Source: Eledone cirrhosa
Taxonomy: Eukaryota
DNA: 64,000 bases
Direction of reading: 5' to 3'
NCBI GenBank assembly: GCA_964016885.1
Contig: OZ024750.1
Location: forward strand, 20,522,001 to 20,586,000
Shown: positions 54,927-64,000 of the stretch, piece by piece
How the letters are laid out: each line of letters starts with the position of its first letter
Numbering within the stretch: the first letter of the stretch is position 1
Notes under the pieces: model-generated
Told to the model about the DNA's origin: nothing
Database searches by the model: none
The model's input: only the letters and a program-made list of their open reading frames with translations
Translations under genes and position numbers: made by a program

Positions 54927-56385
<1,459 letters not shown>

Positions 56386-56599
56386 AATTGTCATAAAATA
56401 TAAACACACATACGCACGGAATCACTACTATTAAAGACCAGAGACCAATTCTGTAGAATCAGGTTTATTCATTGACAGACCATGCCTTTGTGTGACCAAC
56501 ACATCCATGTTAAACCCTGCACGTGCACACACGTATATCTATATATATATGCGCACACAGAATTATTTTAATTTCACTGCCCCAACTTCTTATATTATG

Positions 56600-56810
56600 G
56601 AAAAAATATATGTGTCTGTATGTATATATATATATATATATTTGAAGGCCATTTCTCTGTGTGTGGGTGTATGTATGTATGTGTGTGTGTGTGTGTGAGT
56701 ATGTGTGTGCATGTGGATGTATGTATTGTGTGTGCGTGTGTGTGTGTGTGTGTGTATGTATGTGGGTATCTGGATGTATGCGTATGTGTATATATATATA
56801 TATATATGCA

Positions 56811-56842
<32 letters not shown>

Positions 56843-56941
56843 TGTGTGTATGTGTGTATATATATGTGTGTGTGTGTGTGTGTGTATGTTTGTATGTGTG
56901 TATGTATATATATATATGTGTGTGTGTATGTATGTGTGGGG

Positions 56942-56979
<38 letters not shown>

Positions 56980-56984
56980 GTGTG

Positions 56985-57027
<43 letters not shown>

Positions 57028-57058
57028 GTGTATCTGGATGTATGTGTATGTATATATA

Positions 57059-57113
<55 letters not shown>

Positions 57114-57260
57114 ATGTGTATATATATGTGTGTGTGTGTGTATGTGTATATATATGTGTGTGTGTGTGTATGTGTGTATGTATATGTATGTGTGTGTGTA
57201 TGTATGTGTGTATATGTATATGTATGTGTATGTATGTGTGGATGAAGGTATGTGTGTGTA
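56600..57260. repeat. compound (TG)n/(TA)n field inside the PLE 3' region
   Basis: Direct reading. Confidence 0.95.
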
Positions 57261-57493
57261 TATTGCTTCCACCCCCTCACTGACCAGCAGCTGGCTATTG
57301 CTAAATCTGACCTTTATAAAATAACCCACACCCCAAATAACTTCTCATTCACTACCAGAAAGGGACACAGCAGTCAACCTGTTGTTGCTACCTAGATGAA
57401 AACTGCTATGAAATCCCACAATGAATTTTATACTTGAATTTTCAAGTCTCAAATTTTAACTCTTCGTATTATTAATTTTTCTTAATATTAATC

Positions 57494-57541
57494 AACATTT
57501 GAAAAGATGGCTTTTGCAGACCCATCGAAACCGGTCATTTT
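57494..57541 (+). ncRNA. degenerate minimal type I hammerhead ribozyme in PLE 3' region
   Basis: aacat-TTGAAAA-gatgg(cttttgcagac)ccatc-GAAAC-CG-GTC-atttt. Stem III is palindromic (ACCGGU). The core has 2 substitutions versus CUGANGA. Confidence 0.65.
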
Positions 57542-57677
57542 TTATACCCTTTATTATTTCCTTACCTTATAAAATTATGTTTTTTCACAAAAAAGTATTC
57601 TGTCTCTTATATATTCCATGTGCCATTACCAACCTCAATTTTCTCTATAACCTTCGTTTTGTGTAGAAAATTACACT

Positions 57678-57780
<103 letters not shown>

Positions 57781-59174
57781 TGTGTGGGGGGGGGGGGTAT
57801 ATGTGTGTGTGTGTGTTTATATATATATGCCTGGTCCTGCAACTCTAGGGACTTCTAGGGGCACCGTATTGAGATACATAATTCGTAGCTCACTTTTTTA
57901 ACATGGTAGAGCCCATTTACTCTCCAGGTCTGAATTCACAAGTTTTCCACTAGAGGAGGATAAAGAGTGCGGGAATGGAAGTGTATAGTTGAATAATGAC
58001 CACCAGTACTTTACAGGTGTATTTTTACCGACATCGAATGGATGAACATTTAAGTTGACCGTGGTGGTATTTGACCCTTGTGTGTTATTATGATAGACAA
58101 TGGATGATAGACTCATCCGTGTCTGTGAATTCAACAAGCAAATGTACTCCTAATGTCAACCTCAATGAGCAAGTTAAGTTTACGAATTTTACTAATATAA
58201 ATAGTTCTCCATCCTAACTTATTGGAAATTATTCTATTCATCATGATAAAGGAGTTGTACACCTATATACAACCTACCAAGATGTTAATATATTTTCATA
58301 TGAGTTCCATTCTTATTCAGATATATTTTGTAACGTAGAAGCTGGATTTGAAGATGATTGCAACTCTGTTCACTCCAGGTAAGGAAAGGTTTCTTAAACT
58401 CAAATGTAATTGTATGTCCACACCCCGCCGGACGCATGACATGCGTTAGAAAATTTAAACCTTCGTGGATCCCAACCCTTTTCATGTCTGAACATATATG
58501 ATCTCTTACAGGGAAAAAGAGACAGTTGGCCCCAGTAATAAACTGGTACTTTTTCAAAAGACACCTATATTTAGAGCAGGAATAATTCCGTTCGTGAGAA
58601 TCAATTTAGAGCATATTAAACCGTAATAAATACCACCATTTAAATTGACGCCATAACGACTTTGCCAATTCACTATATTATTATTCATTGTACATCAGTT
58701 TAATCACGGCTGGCGTTGGGCTGAACTATTAAAACAGACATTCAATGCACACAGTCTGGAACCAGGAATAGGAGAACTCAACGATGCACAAACATACTTA
58801 TTCACCATATTCTGACAAAACAGAGTAGCAACAACACTAATCTATAATCGATATATTAAAACCATCTAAGATTATGGCACCTGTGGAATTGAAATCACTC
58901 CACACCAGATCATAACAATTTTTTTTTTTTCATAATTTTGATAATTTACAAATCATTGAGGAAATATACGTCACAATGCAGATAACTATAAATAATAATT
59001 GAAGAAATCTCAGAGTGCAAATACGGAAACAGAAGAAAGTGGGCGGATTCATGAGTAAGTCGAACCACGCATTATTCGTGCGGCATATGTGTGGGTTGAT
59101 TCCCATGTCTCTGTCGACATTCCTCCATCGATCGGAGTGCATTCTCCGACGTGCATGGAGGGAAGCATTTTCAA

Positions 59175-59226
<52 letters not shown>

Positions 59227-60844
59227 TTTATCTTGCACAAAATGATGCTTAAACGCTTGATAAGTCTCGGGTAGTTTTATTTTTATTTTTATGTAATTCA
59301 AACTCTGGATGGTCTAAACATCTTGATTAAGTCAATCATATCTTACAGCAGTGTATGTTATTCAAATATGACAATAAATTCATCGATCACATTTGTTAAA
59401 CTGCAAATTTATGACGCAAACACATAAACACATAAACATACACATATGTGCGTATAAGCACATATAGATGCACATACATATATACCTCACCCCATATATA
59501 TATATATATATATCGACTACGGAATGTAAATCAAATAATTGAATGTGGTTCATCAAACCCACCACGCTCATTAAATAAAATATATTTCCGTTTGTATTTA
59601 CTATCAAACGACTTGAAAGCGCATCTGGTTCTACGATGCAATTTGGTTGTCAAAAATATTTATATTCATGTAAAAAGCTTCCATCCTAATTTTACATGCG
59701 ACCTTTTATATATTATGTTCCATACGCCAGCCTAATAATGATAATGTTTGTTGTTTTAACTTCTTTGAATTTACTTCAAAGGCATCAAACAAAATTAGAT
59801 ATAAGAACCTTTGTAAAAGGATGTTCCGTTCTGCAATTAAATATTAATTAAAATTATATATTTTACTAAGTCACTTTATCGTCTTAAATAATTTCAAAAT
59901 TATATGAATATCATAGTTTTAACTGTAATTCAGAAACCCAAATTTTACGTTCATTTAATAGAGCTCAGGCTCATCTCCCTCAGAGATAATTTAAAGCGGC
60001 ATGTGTCTGTAGAATTCTCACCTGCTTGCACGTTACTTTTATGGACAAGCTGTAAAATTGTTTGAACAACAAGAACGCAAAGGACGGTTGCTACGAATGT
60101 CCACCACGAATAAATATAACTGCTTCTTTTGTTTGTGTCTTTGTAGTTATTTATTACGCAATGTTCAATTCCTTATATATGAGTATTGGCAAATTTTATG
60201 TAATAAAAAATAACAGAAAAAAGAGGCAGCGTATATGATGGAAACGGCAGCAGAATTCACATACCAGTTAAACTTAGAATTCACATACCCGTTTTGGTAC
60301 CAGGCCGCTTACAACCGACTTTTGATGCAAGGCTATTTATTTTATAAACCACCTATTATAATTTCAAATAAAAACAAAAACATTTGTAAAGTGGTATTCT
60401 AAACATCAGCTTTGTAATCAGAACTTTATTTTGCTTAATCTCTTCAAATTTTGGATTAATTTCAAAATAATTTGAAATGTATAAACAGTGTCTACCGTTA
60501 AATATATGGTAACAAAATGTTTATAGGAGTTAAATACAATTAAAACTATTCCTTTATATTCATAAATATTCGAATAGTATTTGAAATTATTCAACAGTTA
60601 TCTTGCATTCTATTCTCATGAATGGCCAACCCAATAAAATACCTCGAAAGACACGACAAATATTAATTTTCTTTTTTCAGATGCCTAAAAGGTATTGACA
60701 AATGGAAGTATTTCATTACTTGAAAGCATGAATGATATGTTATGCTAGCTGAAATTATATCACAATATAAAATTATATCTCAAAATTATATCACAATATC
60801 TCAAGGATATATTGTAAATTTACAAACACCTTGCTCATATGACA

Positions 60845-60935
60845 GTGCGTGGATTACTGGTTAGTGTGTTAGACGTACACTTGTAAGGATGTAAGTTGAA
60901 TTTCCAGCGGTAAATTGTGTCCTTGAACAACATGA
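60845..60935 (+). mobile_element. degenerate tRNA-headed SINE (related core pieces ~22130-22200 and ~34385-34450)
   Basis: A-box-like tggattactggttag, followed by tgtgtccttgaacaa. Confidence 0.4.
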
Positions 60936-61520
60936 CTGTAGCTCAAAAAAACAGTTATATGGCCAAGCCAAATGGCCAGACACGTCGATTAATGGGTGAA
61001 ACACTCACTTACATACAGGCTCTTCTTTTCTACTAACAACTAGAACATTTGTCGTCAGAAGCGACAGAATTAGAGCCCATATGTGGTCTGTTTTCTTGTT
61101 CACTATCAAATAAAATATTCGTTTAAATGTAGCTTTCATATTATTTATTCAACAATTTTGACTCAATAAAATATGAGTATTGGCAAATGTACATTACAGT
61201 GAAAAATAGACACAGACTGAAAGCCGTTCATATAATGAAAGAGACAATATTCAAATGTCGGAGTAAATTTTAATCAAAGATAAGCCGTGAAACACCAAAG
61301 CTAAGGCTCCAAAATGTCGGTATAACAAATGGAAATACGATGCCTGGATAAAGACTAAAATTCAAATTCCTTTCGAATGGTCTCGAACAGACGATCAATG
61401 ATCCAAATCTCATACATACTTGCAAACACACACATACAGCACGCACACACACACACTCACACACACACACAGCGACGCAGACAGAGACATGCACACACCC
61501 CCACACCCACACACACACAA

Positions 61521-61550
<30 letters not shown>

Positions 61551-61551
<1 letters not shown>

Positions 61552-61640
61552 AATATTTGCCCTACGGTTCTTATATATTTGATATATATTTATCTTTATC
61601 GAGCCCTCTTTGGATTTTAGTCTTCAAATTTATTATTAGT
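61551..61640. repeat. single-arm fragment of the 62604 family
   Basis: Near-identical to 62834-62921. Confidence 0.8.
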
Positions 61641-61783
61641 ACTATATATATATATATATGTAGGAAGTGAGTTTTATTGTAGTACAATAAAGCAATGCAG
61701 ATATCGGATAAGAAGCACTCTACAGTTTGTAGGACTGGAGTATGCATAATATAAGATCAAAAGATGGTTAAAGGAGTTCCATG

Positions 61784-61854
61784 TATTTTATTATGCGCAT
61801 TTCAAAAACAAACATCATCATGCAATAATATTTGTGTTTTCATCAGATAAAACA
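61784..61854 (-). ncRNA. intact type I hammerhead ribozyme (mirror copy)
   Basis: Exact reverse complement of 61956-62026. Confidence 0.88.
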
Positions 61855-61955
61855 GGAGAACATTATATGAAGGCTAAAAAACACTTGTGGATAGTGCAGT
61901 TGATTTAAAACTTCACTATCCACAAGTGTTTTTTAGCCTTCATATCATGTTCTCC

Positions 61956-62026
61956 TGTTTTATCTGATGAAAACACAAATATTATTGCATGATGATGTTT
62001 GTTTTTGAAATGCGCATAATAAAATA
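61956..62026 (+). ncRNA. intact type I hammerhead ribozyme
   Basis: uguuuuau-CUGAUGA-aaacacaaauauuauu(gcau)gaugauguuuguuuuu-GAAA-UGCGCA-UA-auaaaaua: 8-bp stem I, 16-bp stem II (one C/U mismatch), palindromic stem III. Predicted cleavage after 62018. Confidence 0.88.
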
Positions 62027-62056
62027 CATGGAACTCCTTTAACCATCTTTTGATCT

Positions 62057-62136
<80 letters not shown>

Positions 62137-62603
62137 TTATTTATATATTCGTATATACATATATTCGTGTTGACACAGGCACAGAAAGAGATATTTATAT
62201 ATGTGTGAGTGTGTATATTTATGTATGTTTGTGGTTATGTATGTCTCTAAGTATATAAAAGTTTACTATATCATTTACTTTAAACGAAATGCATGGACAT
62301 TCTATTTCGAACTTTCCAATATAGGAAATACGTAATAGAATTTTTATTATTCATTGGAAATTTCGAAAATAATCTCATAAAAGTCTACTTCAGAACATAT
62401 CACTATCTCTAAGTGAAAAGAATGACATGATTTACTCATGTGATTATTTTAAAGTCTTTGCTTTTGCTCCTTTGCATTGTCTTCGGAAACTTTTAATCTA
62501 CTCAAATAATAAATATTTTCACTATATAGAAAGGGATTTATGTATATATATATATATATATACATACATACACACACACACTCAGATATATATATATATA
62601 TAT

Positions 62604-62921
62604 TAATAATAATTAATGTGAAGACTAAAATCCGAAGAGGGCTCGATAAAGATAATATATATACAAAAATATATAAAACCATAGTGAAAATATTTATTAA
62701 AATAACAGATTGAAGTTTAAGCAAAGAATTGCTGCTTTCACCCTTAACGGGATCTTCTGAAACTAGTTTCAGAGGATCCCGTTAAGGGTGAAAGCAGCGA
62801 TTCTTTGCTTAAAATTTAATCTGTTATTTTAATAAATATTTGCTCTACGGTTCTTATATATTTGATATATATTTATCCTTATCGAGCCCTCTTTGGATTT
62901 TAGTCTTCAAATTTATTATTA
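62604..62921. mobile_element. ~160-bp-arm imperfect palindrome centred on ACTAGT (62762-62767), in (TA)n
   Basis: The arms are reverse complements with scattered mismatches. Partial family copies at ~24791-24941, 37780-37815, 37931-38000 and 61551-61640. Confidence 0.85.
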
Positions 62922-62964
62922 TTACTATATATATATATATTTATATATTTATATATTTATATAT

Positions 62965-63165
62965 AGGGCGAGTAAAAATCCCGAGATCCATGGACGAGTT
63001 CTCTCCAGCGGTCTCTGTCCCTCATTATCGCTGCCATGTCCTTCGTCTCCAACAGACCAGTGTATGTCCTTAGGGCATCAACATACGTTAACCTTGGTCT
63101 TCCTCTTCTAGAGTGTTCATGTAGGGGCTCCCACAGGAGCACTGAGTGCAATGTCTTCCATTCGT
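62965..63165 (-). pseudogene. RTE-clade LINE 3' end
   Basis: SVLLWEPLHEHSRRGRPRLTYVDALR.YTGL….M.DRDRWRELV. Confidence 0.8.
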
Positions 63166-63201
63166 TCATACACACACATACAAACACTCACACACACACT
63201 T

Positions 63202-63302
<101 letters not shown>

Positions 63303-63541
63303 GAGGGTAGAACACTAGTGGGTTAAATATATAGTCGCAGAACACTCACTCCATGGTACGAGTTTAGTAGAAGTAGTTCAACGGATCATCAGTCGGCTTA
63401 AATGTGATTATAAGTATTAATCTCATTTAGACCTAGATGATGATATGTGTAAGGTGAAACAATTCATTTCGGAAATGTTGAATTAATTGTGGTGGAACTA
63501 CTTATATATATATATATATGTATATATATATGTATATATAT

Positions 63542-63675
<134 letters not shown>

Positions 63676-63681
63676 ATATAA

Positions 63682-63713
<32 letters not shown>

Positions 63714-63810
63714 GTTTGTATATATATGTTTGTATATATATCTATATGTATATATATGTATATATATATATGTATATATATATATATGTATATATATGTA
63801 TATATATATG

Positions 63811-63865
<55 letters not shown>

Positions 63866-63930
63866 GTATATATATATATATGTATATATATATGTATATA
63901 TATATATGTATATATATGTATATATATATG

Positions 63931-63968
<38 letters not shown>

Positions 63969-64000
63969 TAAATAAATATATATATATATATACACATACA

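Larger units (their letters stand above)
61662..62064. mobile_element. fold-back element in (TA)n: 151-bp arms (61746-61896 / 61914-62064, 1 mismatch) plus an unpaired ~85-bp tail
   Basis: Direct comparison of the two arms; TA tracts on both sides. Confidence 0.92.

Noticed and set aside
57850-58150. Possible LINE endonuclease remnant (VNLNVH)
   Set aside because: Too degenerate to support.

Overview
AT-rich, microsatellite-saturated eukaryotic DNA. The SINE sequences and the (TA)n/(CA)n density resemble an octopod cephalopod (inference). I could not support any host gene, and almost all ORFs in the track are translated microsatellites. The real coding content is retroelement debris: Penelope-like elements (PLEs; RT + C-terminal GIY-YIG) of at least three lineages, plus R4/Dong, RTE and L1/Tx1 LINE remnants, many tRNA-derived SINEs and probable Helitron/Helentron/MITE pieces. 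The main discovery is a set of short (100-470 bp) non-coding elements inserted in (TA)n tracts. Many are fold-backs (long inverted repeats), and many carry type I hammerhead ribozyme (HHR) motifs, which I parsed by hand helix by helix. The clearest case is a near-perfect 151-bp-arm palindrome at 61746-62064 that encodes an intact HHR on both strands. Several other HHRs have a greatly enlarged stem II (about 83-85 nt) or sit on top of a ~58-bp rod-like stem I. All structures are manual predictions; none has been folded computationally or tested for cleavage.
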